From positions 5,541-69,540 of the forward strand of contig CAZYUB010000004.1 of NCBI GenBank assembly GCA_964650515.1: 64,000 nucleotides of DNA. The letters run 5' to 3'. A program made the translations under genes and the position numbers. Source of the DNA: an uncultured Planctomycetia bacterium (lineage in GTDB: Bacteria; Omnitrophota; Gorgyraeia; Pluralincolimonadales; Pluralincolimonadaceae). Shown piece after piece: positions 48,226 to 58,662 of this stretch; position 1 is the first letter of the stretch; every line of letters starts with the position of its first letter. The notes under the pieces are model-generated. The model was given only the letters and a program-made list of their open reading frames with translations, was not told the DNA's origin and made no database searches.

Positions 48226-49416
48226 ATGAAACGCAAAGTATATCTTGACCATAACGCGACCACTCCGCTGCACCCGGAAGTGAAGAGCGCGATGGTTGAG
48301 GCGATGGAGGTGTTCGGCAACCCTTCGAGCATGCACAGCTTCGGCAGGCAGGCCAAGCGGCTGGTCGACGACGCGAGGGAAAAGATATCGTCGTTCATCG
48401 GCAGCGGGCCGGAGGATATCGTCTTCGTCGGGAGCGGCTCCGAGGCGAACAATACCGTGCTTAACCTTCTCTACTGCACGGCAAAGCGCTGTGAAGCCCC
48501 GCATACAAAAAGGCGCCAGGTCGTCACCTCGCAGATAGAGCACCCGTGCATCCTTGAGGCCGCCGGATGCCTCGAAGAAAGGGGCATCGAGGTCATATAT
48601 CTGCCGGTCGACAAATACGGCAAGATAGATATGGAGAAATACGAAGAGCTCGTGTCGGAGAAGACGGCGCTTGTCTCGGTAATGATGGCGAATAACGAGA
48701 TAGGCACGATACAGGACATAAAAAAGATAGGAAGCATCGCGCACAAGCACGGGGCGCTATTCCACACGGACGCGATCCAGGCGGTCGGCAAGGTCCCCGT
48801 TGACGTCAGGGCTCTCGGCGTCGATTACCTTTCGCTCTCGGCGCATAAGATCTACGGGCCGAAAGGCGTCGGGGCGCTTTACGTCTCGCCAGGCGCGCCG
48901 TTCTGCCCGTTCATACGCGGCGGCCACCAGGAGAGGGGCCGGCGCGCGGGCACCGAAAATACCGCGGGCATCGCGGGCTTCGGCAAGGCCATCGAGATGC
49001 GCGCGAAAGAGATGGATGGCGAGAGCAATAGATTGCTCTCGCTCAAATCGCGCCTGAAGGCGGGCATAGAAAAAAATATAAAGGATATCGAATTTAACGG
49101 CCATCCGGTCGACTCGCTGCCGGGCACGCTAAACGTATCGTTCGACGCGTCGGAGGGCGAGGCCATATTGTTGTATCTCGACCTCGAGGGCATCGCCGTA
49201 TCGACCGGCTCGGCGTGCGCGTCGGGCTCGCTCGACCCGTCGCACGTGCTGATAGCTACGGGAGTCCCCGCCGAACAGGCGCACGGATCGATAAGGATAA
49301 GCATGGGCAGGGACAATACCGAGGAAGATATCGATTATACCGTAGGGAAGCTCGCGTTTGTCATCGACAAGATCAGGAAGATGTCTACCGTCGGAAAGGG
49401 GCCTCATGGAAAATAA
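48226..49416 (+). CDS. iscS: Cysteine desulfurase (IscS/NifS)
   Basis: VYLDHNATTP, SAHKIYGPKGVGALY (PLP lysine), catalytic loop SSGSAC-type. Confidence 0.9.
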   Translation: MKRKVYLDHNATTPLHPEVKSAMVEAMEVFGNPSSMHSFGRQAKRLVDDAREKISSFIGSGPEDIVFVGSGSEANNTVLNLLYCTAKRCEAPHTKRRQVVTSQIEHPCILEAAGCLEERGIEVIYLPVDKYGKIDMEKYEELVSEKTALVSVMMANNEIGTIQDIKKIGSIAHKHGALFHTDAIQAVGKVPVDVRALGVDYLSLSAHKIYGPKGVGALYVSPGAPFCPFIRGGHQERGRRAGTENTAGIAGFGKAIEMRAKEMDGESNRLLSLKSRLKAGIEKNIKDIEFNGHPVDSLPGTLNVSFDASEGEAILLYLDLEGIAVSTGSACASGSLDPSHVLIATGVPAEQAHGSIRISMGRDNTEEDIDYTVGKLAFVIDKIRKMSTVGKGPHGK

Positions 49417-50017
49417 GCCCGGATGGGTCTATTCCGAAAAGGTAAAAGACCATTTCATCAACCCGCGCAATGTGCTCGGCGACGAGGCGGAATATGATGC
49501 GGACGGCAAAGGCACTGTAGGCAATATAAAATGCGGCGACGAGATGATAGTCGCGATCAAGGTGGACAAGGCAAGCGGCACCATAGCCGACTGCAGGTGG
49601 AAGACCTACGGGTGCGCGAGCGCTATCGCCAGCACGTCGATATTATCCGAGGTGGTCAAGGGCAAGACGCTCGACTTCGCCTACCATATCACGGCGAAAG
49701 ATATCGCGAAGGAGCTCGGCGGCCTTCCGGAGCACAAGGTCCATTGTTCGGTCCTCGGCCACAAGGCCCTGCGCGCGGCGATAGACGATTATTACAAACG
49801 CAACGGCATGACCGACAAGGTGGAGGAAGAGAAGTCGCACCTTATCTGCCAGTGCATGAATGTGACCGACATCGAGATAGAGCATGCCGTGCTTGAGGGC
49901 GCGCGCACCTATCTCGAATTGCAGGAGAGGACGAAACTCGGTACCGTATGCGGACAGTGCAAGGAGAAGGCGTCCGCGCTCATGGAAGAATATAAGAAGA
50001 GGCATTTTTCGGGATAA
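49407..50017 (+). CDS. nifU: NifU-like Fe-S scaffold with a C-terminal BFD-like [2Fe-2S] domain
   Basis: YSEKVKDHFINPRN...CGDEM...GCASAIAS, then CQCMNVTDIEIE...CGQCK. Confidence 0.8.
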
Positions 50018-50018
50018 T

Positions 50019-50516
50019 ATGAGAAAGATCGCTATAGTCGGCTCGCCCAACGTCGGAAAATCCGTGATCTTCAATAACCTCACGGGAAGCTACGCGGACG
50101 TCTCGAACTACCCCGGCACCACCGTCGAGGTCTCGAGGGGCAGGTGCAGGATAGGCGCGGAAGATTTCGAGGTCATAGATACGCCGGGAATGTATTCTCT
50201 GCTGCCGATATCGGAAGAGGAGAAGGTGGGCCGCTCGATACTTATGGAGGAGTGCCCGTGCCTTATCCTTCATGTCATAGACGCGAAGAACATCGAGAGG
50301 ATGCTCTCGATGACGCTGCAGCTGCTCGAGGCCGGGCTGCCGCTCGTCCTTGTGCTCAATGTCTTCGATGAAGCCGAGGCGCTCGGGATAGACATAGATA
50401 CCGCGTATCTGGAAAAGGAGCTTAAGATACCCGCGGTCAAGACAGTAGGGACCAAAGGCGCCGGAATGGACATACTCAGGGGAAAGATAGAGGAGCATGT
50501 TAAGAGATTTTGTTAA
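50019..50516 (+). CDS. feoB: FeoB G-domain (stand-alone small GTPase)
   Basis: G1 GSPNVGKS, G2 YPGTT, G3 DTPG, G4 absent or atypical. Confidence 0.8.
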   Translation: MRKIAIVGSPNVGKSVIFNNLTGSYADVSNYPGTTVEVSRGRCRIGAEDFEVIDTPGMYSLLPISEEEKVGRSILMEECPCLILHVIDAKNIERMLSMTLQLLEAGLPLVLVLNVFDEAEALGIDIDTAYLEKELKIPAVKTVGTKGAGMDILRGKIEEHVKRFC

Positions 50517-51957
50517 GAATATAGGATACGACGACCCGCTCGAGGCGTCCCTCTCGAGGATCGAGGGGCTCCTGCTGTCGGATTACAGGATATCGAAGCG
50601 CTCCGTCGCTTTGCTGGTATTGCAGGAGGATCCCGACGTATCGGAAGCGGTCAGGAAGAGGGAATCAGAGGATAACGCGAAAGAGATCCTCGCGATCGCC
50701 TCGGAACTGAAGACGCATTATTCATACCCTCTTACATATATAATAACCGAACGCAGGCAGAGGGAAGCGAGCCGGATCTCTTCCGCGGCTACGACGGTGA
50801 AGAAGAAGGGTTCGCTCGGCATCAGGGAGGCGGTGAGCAGGGCGATGATGAACCCGTTCATCGGCGGGCCGATACTGCTTGCGGTAATGTACTACGGCCT
50901 TTATAAGTTCGTAGGCAATTTCGGCGCGGGCGTTGTCGTGGATTTCCTTGAGGACAAGGTATTCGGGAACTACGTGAATCCCTTCGTTGTCGGTATCGTC
51001 GATAAATACGTGCCATGGGCGATGATCAGGGACCTTATCGCGGGCGATTACGGTGTCGTAACCCTCGGTATCAGGTACGCGTTCGCGATAGTGCTGCCTA
51101 TAGTCGCAACTTTCTTCCTCGCGTTCGCGGTGATCGAGGACAGTGGGTACCTTCCGCGTCTCGCTATGCTCATAGACCAGATATTCAAGAAGATAGGCCT
51201 CTCGGGAAGGGCGGTCATTCCGCTCGTGCTGGGGCTCGGATGCAGCACGATGGCGACTATGGTGACCCGTACGCTCCCTACAAAGCGGGAGCGGATCATA
51301 GCGACGCTGCTGCTGGCCCTGGCGATACCATGCTCGGCGCAGATGGGCGTCATACTCGCCCTGCTCGAATCGAGGCCGTTGGGCCTTATCGTATGGCTTT
51401 CGGTCATTGTGGGCGTCTTCCTTGTCGTCGGGTACCTCGCCTCTAAAATAATGCCGGGAGAGCTTCCGAGTTTTTACATGGAGATACCGCCGTTGAGGTT
51501 TCCGCAGGTATCGAACGTCCTGCGCAAGACTGCCAGCAGGATGAAATGGTATTTCCTTGAGGTCCTTCCGCTCTTCATGCTCGCGAGCGTGATGATATGG
51601 ATAGGGCAGATAACCGGCATATTCGGTTTCCTCGTCAGTATACTGGAGCACCCGGTCAGGTGGATAGGATTGCCTTCGGAAGCGGCGGTAGCGTTCCTGT
51701 TCGGTTTCTTCCGCCGCGATTACGGCGCCGCCGGCCTTTACGACCTGAAGATGGAAGGGCTTTTAAACGGCAACCAGCTGGTAGTGGCGTGCGTGACGTT
51801 GACGCTCTTCCTGCCGTGTATTGCGCAGTTGCTGATGAACATAAAGGAACGCGGTATGAAGGTCGGCATAGCGATGTCGGCGTTCATCCTGTTCTTCTCG
51901 TTCAGTGTCGGCTGGATCGTCAGTATTTTGTTGAGCATATCCGGATTGAGCCTATAA
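50497..51957 (+). CDS. feoB: FeoB membrane (GDI-like + permease) portion
   Basis: Helical linker followed by 8 or more TM segments with FeoB gate-motif context; overlaps the G-domain ORF by 20 nt. Confidence 0.75.
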   Translation: MLRDFVKNIGYDDPLEASLSRIEGLLLSDYRISKRSVALLVLQEDPDVSEAVRKRESEDNAKEILAIASELKTHYSYPLTYIITERRQREASRISSAATTVKKKGSLGIREAVSRAMMNPFIGGPILLAVMYYGLYKFVGNFGAGVVVDFLEDKVFGNYVNPFVVGIVDKYVPWAMIRDLIAGDYGVVTLGIRYAFAIVLPIVATFFLAFAVIEDSGYLPRLAMLIDQIFKKIGLSGRAVIPLVLGLGCSTMATMVTRTLPTKRERIIATLLLALAIPCSAQMGVILALLESRPLGLIVWLSVIVGVFLVVGYLASKIMPGELPSFYMEIPPLRFPQVSNVLRKTASRMKWYFLEVLPLFMLASVMIWIGQITGIFGFLVSILEHPVRWIGLPSEAAVAFLFGFFRRDYGAAGLYDLKMEGLLNGNQLVVACVTLTLFLPCIAQLLMNIKERGMKVGIAMSAFILFFSFSVGWIVSILLSISGLSL

Positions 51958-51974
51958 TATAGAGGGAGCATCAT

Positions 51975-52232
51975 ATGGTAAAGCAGGAAAAAGAAGATAA
52001 GAAGCCCGTCGTGCCGTTGTCGGACCTGCAGCCCGGCGGGAAGGGCCAGATCGCCTACCTCCAGGCGAAGGGAAAGGGCCAGATGCAGAAATTGTTAAGC
52101 ATCGGCGTGATCCCCGGGATGCATGTAGTCCTCGTGCAGAGGTTCCCGTCTTATGTGTTCAAACTGGGCCATACGCAGTTCGCGATAGACAAGGAACTCG
52201 CGCGCAGCGTATACGTCAAAATAACGAAATGA
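51975..52232 (+). CDS. feoA: FeoA
   Basis: SH3-like fold; LSDLQPGGKGQIAYL. Confidence 0.8.
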   Translation: MVKQEKEDKKPVVPLSDLQPGGKGQIAYLQAKGKGQMQKLLSIGVIPGMHVVLVQRFPSYVFKLGHTQFAIDKELARSVYVKITK

Positions 52233-52239
52233 GGCGAAG

Positions 52240-52752
52240 ATGGATAACAAAGTGACATTCAAAGGGAGCCCGTTGACGCTTTCGGGCGGCGGCATCGAAA
52301 AAGGCGGCCCCGCGCCCGGGTTCAAGGCGCTGAAGCAGGACCTCTCCGAGACGGGGCTCGCGGATTTCAGGGGCAAGGTGAAGATACTGACGTCATTCCC
52401 GTCGCTCGATACGCCGGTTTGCGACCTGCAGGTAAAGGAGTTCAACAAGAGGTCCGCGGGCTTCTCTTCGGACGTCGCGGTCATAGGCATAAGCATGGAC
52501 CTGCCGTTCGCGCAGAAGAGGTTCTGCCAGGAGAACGATATAAATAATGTCACAGTCGTATCCGACCACAGGGACGCATCCTTCGGCCTGAACTATGGCC
52601 TGCTCATAAAAGAGCTGCGCCTGCTTGCCAGGTCTATCATCATAGTCGACAAAGAGGACATTGTGAGGTATATTCAGGTGGTGGGCGAACTGACGAACCC
52701 GCCTGATTACGAGGCGGCGCTCAAGGCGCTGCAGGACATATTGAGAGGATAG
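52240..52752 (+). CDS. tpx: Thiol peroxidase Tpx
   Basis: SFPSLDTPVCDLQ (peroxidatic Cys) and a resolving Cys in RFCQEN. Confidence 0.85.
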   Translation: MDNKVTFKGSPLTLSGGGIEKGGPAPGFKALKQDLSETGLADFRGKVKILTSFPSLDTPVCDLQVKEFNKRSAGFSSDVAVIGISMDLPFAQKRFCQENDINNVTVVSDHRDASFGLNYGLLIKELRLLARSIIIVDKEDIVRYIQVVGELTNPPDYEAALKALQDILRG

Positions 52753-52753
52753 C

Positions 52754-53212
52754 ATGGGAAAGATACCCGACGATATAGCGAAATTCCTTCACGCGCAACA
52801 TTTCACGGTCGTCTCGACGATAGGAAAGGACGGCCTGCCGCATAATTCCTGCAAGGGGATCGTCAACATAGAAGACGATACCGTTTACCTGCTCGACCTT
52901 TACAAGGGGCAGACGCATGAAAACCTCGAGAAGAACCCCGCGATCAGCGTAAGCGTCGTGGATGAGCACCGCTTCAAGGGGTACTGCCTCAAAGGCACCG
53001 CGAAGCTGTTGACCGAGGGCCTGCTGAAATCCCATATAATCAAGTCATGGGAAGATAAGATAACGGCAAGGATAACGCATCGGCTCATCAAGAACCTGAA
53101 GGGCGAGCACGGGCATGAAAGCCATCCCGAAGCCCAGCTTCCGAAGCCGAAATACCTGATAGCGATGAAGGTCTCAGAGATAGTCGACCTTACGCCCCCT
53201 CCGCTCAGATGA
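52754..53212 (+). CDS. Pyridoxamine 5'-phosphate oxidase-like FMN-binding protein
   Basis: Split-barrel PNPOx-like pattern. Confidence 0.6.
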   Translation: MGKIPDDIAKFLHAQHFTVVSTIGKDGLPHNSCKGIVNIEDDTVYLLDLYKGQTHENLEKNPAISVSVVDEHRFKGYCLKGTAKLLTEGLLKSHIIKSWEDKITARITHRLIKNLKGEHGHESHPEAQLPKPKYLIAMKVSEIVDLTPPPLR

Positions 53213-53706
53213 CGGACCAGATCGTGATGTGGCTTAAGGGCCTCCCGAAAGACTATATAGTGCTGATAACGGCGGCGCTGCCGGTCTCGGAATTGAGGGG
53301 GGCGATACCGCTTGCGCTCTCCTTCGGGATGACGGTTCAGAAGGCCTTCCTGTTATCGGTCATCGGGAATTTCATCCCGGTCATTCCCGTGCTTCTCCTG
53401 CTCGAGCCCGTCTCGAGCCGGCTCGGGAGGTTCAAGATATTCGCGCGGTTCTTCGACTGGCTGTTCACGCGGACCCGCAAGAAGGCGGACACGATACAGA
53501 AATACGAGATGCTCGGGCTCGCGGTATTCGTCGCTATACCGCTGCCGATGACCGGCGCATGGACCGGAGCGATAGCGGCGTCGCTTTTGAAGATAAAGTT
53601 CAGGTATGCGATAACGGGAATAATACTCGGCATACTCGGAGCCGGCCTTATAGTCTCGTCCCTGTGCACCCTCGGGATAATGAGCTGGCAGGCGGTCACG
53701 AATTAA
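53209..53706 (+). CDS. Small integral membrane protein (COG2426-like)
   Basis: Four TM helices. Confidence 0.45.
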   Translation: MTDQIVMWLKGLPKDYIVLITAALPVSELRGAIPLALSFGMTVQKAFLLSVIGNFIPVIPVLLLLEPVSSRLGRFKIFARFFDWLFTRTRKKADTIQKYEMLGLAVFVAIPLPMTGAWTGAIAASLLKIKFRYAITGIILGILGAGLIVSSLCTLGIMSWQAVTN

Positions 53707-53725
53707 TACGGAAAGGTAATTTCAG

Positions 53726-55423
53726 GTGAGCTTAATAATCTTGATCATCTCTTCGTCGGTGCTTCTCTTCCTCGGCTACGCCATATACGGCAGGTTTCTC
53801 AGCAAGCTGCTCCAGTTGAATCCCGATACGAAGACGCCGGCCGTCGTCCTTAAAGATGATGTCGACTATGTCCCGACCAATAAATTTTACCTTCTCGGCC
53901 AGCATTTTTCGGCGATAGCGGCCGCGGGCCCGATCGTCGGCCCGGTACTGGCCGGCATGTGGTTCGGGTGGGTCCCGACGGTAATATGGATAATCATCGG
54001 AGGCATATTCATAGGCGGCGTCCACGACCTGTTCACCCTCGTCGCCTCGCTGCGCCACCACGGGCGCTCGATAGCCGAGGTCATTAAAGAATACAAGAGC
54101 AAGAAGGCGTTCATAATATTCCTGGTATTCCTCTGGATATCCATCATTTATATAATAACGGCTTTTACCGACATAACTGCCGGGACGTTCGCCGACCCGG
54201 CAAGGGGCGCGGGGGTAGCGTCATCGTCCATGATGTATCTGCTGCTCGCCCTGGTGATGGGGATAATACTCAGGGTCTTTAAACCGCCGCTCGCGATCTC
54301 GACGTTCATATTCATGCCGCTCGTGCTCGTCTGCATATGGCTCGGGCCGAAATTCCCGCTGCATATGCCGCCTCTCTTCGGCATGGACCTGCGCACGACC
54401 TGGGATGTGCTGCTGCTCGGGTATTGTTTTATCGCGGCGGTAATACCCGTGTGGCTGCTTTTACAGCCGCGCGGGTATCTAGGAGGGTTCTTCCTTACGC
54501 TGACGGCGGGTGCCAGCCTTATCGGCATAATCGTCGGGCATTTCACGCAGAAGCTCGTGATAAACTATCCCGCCTTTACGGGATGGGTCAATCCGGGCGG
54601 CCTGCCGTTGTTCCCGCTGCTTTTTACGACGGTCGCGTGCGGCGCATGCTCGGGTTTCCACGCGCTCGTCTCGTCGGGGACCACGTCGAAACAGGTGGCA
54701 AAGGAGACGGACGCGAGGGTAATAGGCTACGGCGGGATGCTTTTGGAGAGTTTTGTCGCGATAACCGCCCTCGGTACGCTGCTGCTGCTGACAAAGACGC
54801 AGGCGCAGGGCCTGGGCAGCCCCGACCAGATATACGCGAACGGCGTTGCCACGTTCCTGAACAGCCTCGGCATAGACAGGGAATTTGCTCTGACCTTCGC
54901 GCTGCTGGCGTTCGCCACTTTCGTTTACGATACGCTCGATGTGGCCACGAGGCTCGGACGCTACATCTTCCAGGAGCTTACCAATATACGCGGCAAGGTA
55001 AGCCTGTTCGTCTCCGCGTTCGCGACGCTGCTGCTGCCGGCGTTGTTCGTGACGAGCAAGATGACCGACGCGCAGGGGAATGTCATCCCGGCATGGTCGC
55101 TCTTCTGGACGGTATTCGGCTCGAGCAACCAGCTGCTGGCCGCCATGGTGCTGTTGGGCCTAAGCGTCTGGCTCTTCAGGAGGAGGAGGAATTACGCGGT
55201 GACACTGCTCCCGGCCATATTCATGACATTCGTCGCGCTGACGTCCTTGTTCATGGTGTTGAAGCCGTGGGTAGCCAAGCATATCGCGGAGCACAGGTTC
55301 CTTCCCGAGCCGCTTGTCGCCACCTGCTCGATACTGTTCCTGCTGTCATTCCTTCTGATCATAGAAGATATAATGATATTCTCGAAAGGTAATAAAGATG
55401 AGCACAAAAAGACCGGCGCCTGA
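53726..55423 (+). CDS. cstA: Carbon starvation protein CstA family transporter (GTG start)
   Basis: N-terminus ...GRFLSKLLQLNPDTKTPA...GQHFSAIAAAGPIVGPVLA... typical of CstA. Confidence 0.8.
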   Translation: MSLIILIISSSVLLFLGYAIYGRFLSKLLQLNPDTKTPAVVLKDDVDYVPTNKFYLLGQHFSAIAAAGPIVGPVLAGMWFGWVPTVIWIIIGGIFIGGVHDLFTLVASLRHHGRSIAEVIKEYKSKKAFIIFLVFLWISIIYIITAFTDITAGTFADPARGAGVASSSMMYLLLALVMGIILRVFKPPLAISTFIFMPLVLVCIWLGPKFPLHMPPLFGMDLRTTWDVLLLGYCFIAAVIPVWLLLQPRGYLGGFFLTLTAGASLIGIIVGHFTQKLVINYPAFTGWVNPGGLPLFPLLFTTVACGACSGFHALVSSGTTSKQVAKETDARVIGYGGMLLESFVAITALGTLLLLTKTQAQGLGSPDQIYANGVATFLNSLGIDREFALTFALLAFATFVYDTLDVATRLGRYIFQELTNIRGKVSLFVSAFATLLLPALFVTSKMTDAQGNVIPAWSLFWTVFGSSNQLLAAMVLLGLSVWLFRRRRNYAVTLLPAIFMTFVALTSLFMVLKPWVAKHIAEHRFLPEPLVATCSILFLLSFLLIIEDIMIFSKGNKDEHKKTGA

Positions 55424-56651
55424 TTTCCATGAGATAGCCGTTGTCGGCGGCGGCCCCGCTGGCATAATGGCCGCGATCCGCGCGGCGGAGCTCGGCAAGG
55501 ACGTCGTGCTTATCGAAAGGAACAGGTCCCTCGGCCGCAAGATACTCATAACGGGCAAGGGCAGGTGCAACCTTACGAATTCCTGCGATATGGACTCGTT
55601 CATGGGGAAGTTCGGCAGGAACGGGCAGTTCCTCAGGTCGGCGTTCTACGCGTTCTTCAACGAGGACCTCATGGAATTCTTCAGGAAGAACGGCCTCGGC
55701 GTGAAGGTCGAGCGCCAGGGCAGGGTATTCCCGTCGGACGACAGGTCGATGTCCGTCGTGAAGGCCCTCGAGAAATCCCTTGCCGGGAACAATGTCCCCG
55801 TCATGCTCGAAGCGCGCGCGATGGAGATAAGGCATGACGCGGGGATGTTCACTATCAGGATCGCCGGCGGCGGCGAGGTGATGGCCAAGAAGGTGATACT
55901 CGCGACGGGCGGAGCGTCCTACAAGGCGACCGGCTCGACCGGCGACGGGTTCCATTTCGCTAAACTGCTCGGCCATACGTTCAACCCGCTGAAGCCGGGG
56001 CTCGTCCCGCTGAAGACTAGGGAGAAGTTAGCCGCAGACATGCAGGGGCTGACGCTGAAGAACATAAAGATAACGTTCGAATGCGACGGGAAAAAGCTGG
56101 CGTCCGATGTGGGCGAGCTGCTGTTTACGCACTTCGGGGTCTCCGGGCCGCTCGTCCTCGATATGAGCGCGCAGGTGGTAGCGATGCTCGACAGCAAGAA
56201 ACCCGTTTATATATCCATAGACCTGAAGCCCGGCCTCACCGAAGGGCAGATAGACAACAGGATACTCCGCGATATCGGCGAGCACGGCAGCATAAGCATC
56301 AGGACGATGCTGAAGGAGATGCTGCCGGTCAAGATGGTCCCGGTATTCGCGGGCCTGCTGAAACTCGATGCGTCAAAGAGGATAAACCAGCTTACCGCGG
56401 CCGAGAGGCGCGGGATAGCCGGGCTGATGAAATCTTTCGTGCTTACGGTCACCGAGCCGCTGCCCCTAGAAGAGGCGATGGTGACCTGCGGGGGCATACC
56501 GGTAAAGGACATAGACCCGAGGACGATGGCCTCGCGGATAGTGCCGGGATTGTATTTCGCCGGCGAGATGATCGACGCGTCGGCGCCGAGCGGCGGGTAT
56601 AACCTGCAGCAGGCGTTCTCGACGGGTTACCTGGCGGGCTCCAATGCGTAA
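55398..56651 (+). CDS. HI0933/BaiN-family NAD(P)/FAD-dependent flavoprotein
   Basis: VVGGGPAGIMAAIRAAELG and ITGKGRCNLTN. Confidence 0.8.
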   Translation: MSTKRPAPDFHEIAVVGGGPAGIMAAIRAAELGKDVVLIERNRSLGRKILITGKGRCNLTNSCDMDSFMGKFGRNGQFLRSAFYAFFNEDLMEFFRKNGLGVKVERQGRVFPSDDRSMSVVKALEKSLAGNNVPVMLEARAMEIRHDAGMFTIRIAGGGEVMAKKVILATGGASYKATGSTGDGFHFAKLLGHTFNPLKPGLVPLKTREKLAADMQGLTLKNIKITFECDGKKLASDVGELLFTHFGVSGPLVLDMSAQVVAMLDSKKPVYISIDLKPGLTEGQIDNRILRDIGEHGSISIRTMLKEMLPVKMVPVFAGLLKLDASKRINQLTAAERRGIAGLMKSFVLTVTEPLPLEEAMVTCGGIPVKDIDPRTMASRIVPGLYFAGEMIDASAPSGGYNLQQAFSTGYLAGSNA

Positions 56652-57222
56652 GATAATCCTCGCTTCGCAATCAAAGCAAAGGCAAAGGCTGCTGAACCAG
56701 ATAGGGCTGGATTTCGTCACCGCGGGTTCGGACGCGAAAGAGGACATGGAACTCAAGGGGAGCTGCGCCTCGCTCGTGATGGCAAACGCGCTGAGGAAGG
56801 CCGAGGACGTGGCGAAGAGGTACCGTTCGGGGGTCGTCATAGCGGCGGATACGGTGGTCCTCTCCGGCAGGAAGATAATAGGGAAGCCGAAGGACCTCGC
56901 CGACGCGTTCAGGACGCTGAAGCTGATCTCGCGGAGGCCGCAATGGGTATATACGGGCATGGCGGTCGTCGATATAGACAACAAAAAGGTCCTCGCGGAT
57001 TACGAGAAGACGAAGATATACATGTACCGCCTCAGCGACAGGCAGATAAGGAACTATTTTAGGAAGGTCTCGCCGCTGGACAAGGCGGGCAGTTTCGACA
57101 TACAGGGGCTCGGCAGCATATTCATAAACAGGATAGAGGGCTGCTTCAATAACGTGATCGGCCTACCACTCGCGAAACTCGCGAAGATGCTCAAGGAGAT
57201 AGGCATAGACCTATTCTCATAG
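56644..57222 (+). CDS. maf: Maf-like nucleoside triphosphate pyrophosphatase
   Basis: ILASQSKQRQRLLNQIGL. Confidence 0.8.
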   Translation: MRKIILASQSKQRQRLLNQIGLDFVTAGSDAKEDMELKGSCASLVMANALRKAEDVAKRYRSGVVIAADTVVLSGRKIIGKPKDLADAFRTLKLISRRPQWVYTGMAVVDIDNKKVLADYEKTKIYMYRLSDRQIRNYFRKVSPLDKAGSFDIQGLGSIFINRIEGCFNNVIGLPLAKLAKMLKEIGIDLFS

Positions 57223-57225
57223 GAT

Positions 57226-57987
57226 ATGGACGACGCAAAGAAGTCATATGGCGGGTATTACAAGGGCCTCGACAGCGCGATAGGCGGCGACGAGAGGTTC
57301 CGCTGGGTAAACGACTCCCTGCTGGAAGGCATCGGCGGCAAGGCGGTGCTCGATGTCGGCTGCGGCGAGGGCTCGCTGCTGCGCATGCTCAAGGAGAAGG
57401 GCAACAGCGTATACGGCATAGATGCTTCGCAGAGCGGGCAGGAGGCCTGCCGCGCGAAGGGCGTAGAGTGCGCGGTCGTCGATATCAGCTCCGAGAAGTT
57501 CCCGCTCAAGGACGACAGTTTCGATATCGTGCTTTGCCTCGAGACGCTCGAGCACCTCGAAAACCCGCAGCATTGCGTGAGCGAGATGAAGAGGGTCCTT
57601 AAGGAAGGCGGCATGTTCATCGCGAGCATTCCCGGCCCGAAGGTCTGCCACCCGTATATCTATCCCGGGCTGTTCGGCATAAAGAATTTCAGGGAATTCC
57701 TCTGGGCTAACGGTTTCAAGATACTGAAGGTCAAGGGATGGGGCCAGTCCCCGGCCTTTACGAAAGCGAAGAAGTGGCTCCAGGAGAAGGACATCCCGCT
57801 CGCGCGCAATACCGCGGACGTCCTGCATTACATCGGCAGGAAGAGGAACATGATAATGCGCAAACATTCCGGGACCCCGCTTAACTTCAGCCATTGCGTG
57901 AATTTCGTGTGCCTCAACAGGAAGCAGGATAAGACCCTCTCCGCCCGCGTCGCCGAAGATACAAAACCAATCAGGGATGGTTCTTAA
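57226..57987 (+). CDS. Class I SAM-dependent methyltransferase
   Basis: VLDVGCGEGSL. The last 5 codons and the stop lie inside family-1 repeat copy 3. Confidence 0.7.
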   Translation: MDDAKKSYGGYYKGLDSAIGGDERFRWVNDSLLEGIGGKAVLDVGCGEGSLLRMLKEKGNSVYGIDASQSGQEACRAKGVECAVVDISSEKFPLKDDSFDIVLCLETLEHLENPQHCVSEMKRVLKEGGMFIASIPGPKVCHPYIYPGLFGIKNFREFLWANGFKILKVKGWGQSPAFTKAKKWLQEKDIPLARNTADVLHYIGRKRNMIMRKHSGTPLNFSHCVNFVCLNRKQDKTLSARVAEDTKPIRDGS

Positions 57988-58010
57988 GCCAAAGATAGAA
58001 GTGTCCCTAT
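57972..58010. repeat. Family-1 hairpin repeat copy 3, overlapping the methyltransferase 3' end
   Basis: CAGGGATGGTTCTTAAGCCAAAGATAGAAGTGTCCCTAT. Confidence 0.75.
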
Positions 58011-58017
58011 TTTAATC

Positions 58018-58048
58018 TTGACTACCATAAATAATTATGGTAAATAAC
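58018..58048 (+). promoter_or_regulatory. Candidate lexA promoter with palindrome TACCATA-N6-TATGGTA (putative LexA operator)
   Basis: TTGACT (58018-58023), immediately followed by TACCATAAATAATTATGGTA (58023-58042), 12 nt before the lexA ATG. Confidence 0.4.
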
Positions 58049-58053
58049 CAAGT

Positions 58054-58662
58054 ATGGAAGAGCTGACCTTAAGACAGGCGAGCATACTGGATTTCATAAG
58101 GGACAGGAAGCTCCGCGCGGGCGTCACGCCGACGCTCGAGGAGATAAAGGGGCATTTCCGCCTAAAGGCGATAGGGACGGTCCAGGACCACCTGCATGCT
58201 ATAGAGGCGAAGGGGTATATAAAACGCTCGAGGAAGTCGCGCTCCATAGAGATAGCCGGCCTCGAAGCCCGCGATGCGATAGATGTGCCGGTAATAGGGC
58301 GGATAGCCGCGGGGAAGCCGCTCTTGGCGGAAGAGAACCTCGAAGGCAGGATATGCGTCGACAGGTCGCTGGCCGGGTCCGCTAAAGTATTCGCGCTACG
58401 GGTAAAAGGCGAGAGCATGTCCGGGGCCGGCATCAACGACGGGGATATCGCGATAATAAAAGAGCAGCATTACGCTGAGGACGGCGATATAGTCGCAGCG
58501 CTCATAGACGGTGAAGCGACCTTAAAAAGATTCCGCAAAGAAAAAAGTCGCATAACGCTCAAGCCGGAGAACCCCGCGTTCAAGCCGCTGCATTTCGGGG
58601 TATCCGACGGCGTATCTATATTAGGGAAATTAACAGGAATATACCGCAGTGTTCAATCCTAA
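58054..58662 (+). CDS. lexA: LexA repressor
   Basis: wHTH N-terminus; cleavage site AG; S24 peptidase GESMSGAGINDGD ... K in LKRF. Confidence 0.9.
   Translation: MEELTLRQASILDFIRDRKLRAGVTPTLEEIKGHFRLKAIGTVQDHLHAIEAKGYIKRSRKSRSIEIAGLEARDAIDVPVIGRIAAGKPLLAEENLEGRICVDRSLAGSAKVFALRVKGESMSGAGINDGDIAIIKEQHYAEDGDIVAALIDGEATLKRFRKEKSRITLKPENPAFKPLHFGVSDGVSILGKLTGIYRSVQS

Noticed and set aside
50722-51651. 309-aa minus-strand ORF opposite the feoB membrane domain
   Set aside because: His/Arg/Asp-rich and antisense to a clear polytopic transporter.
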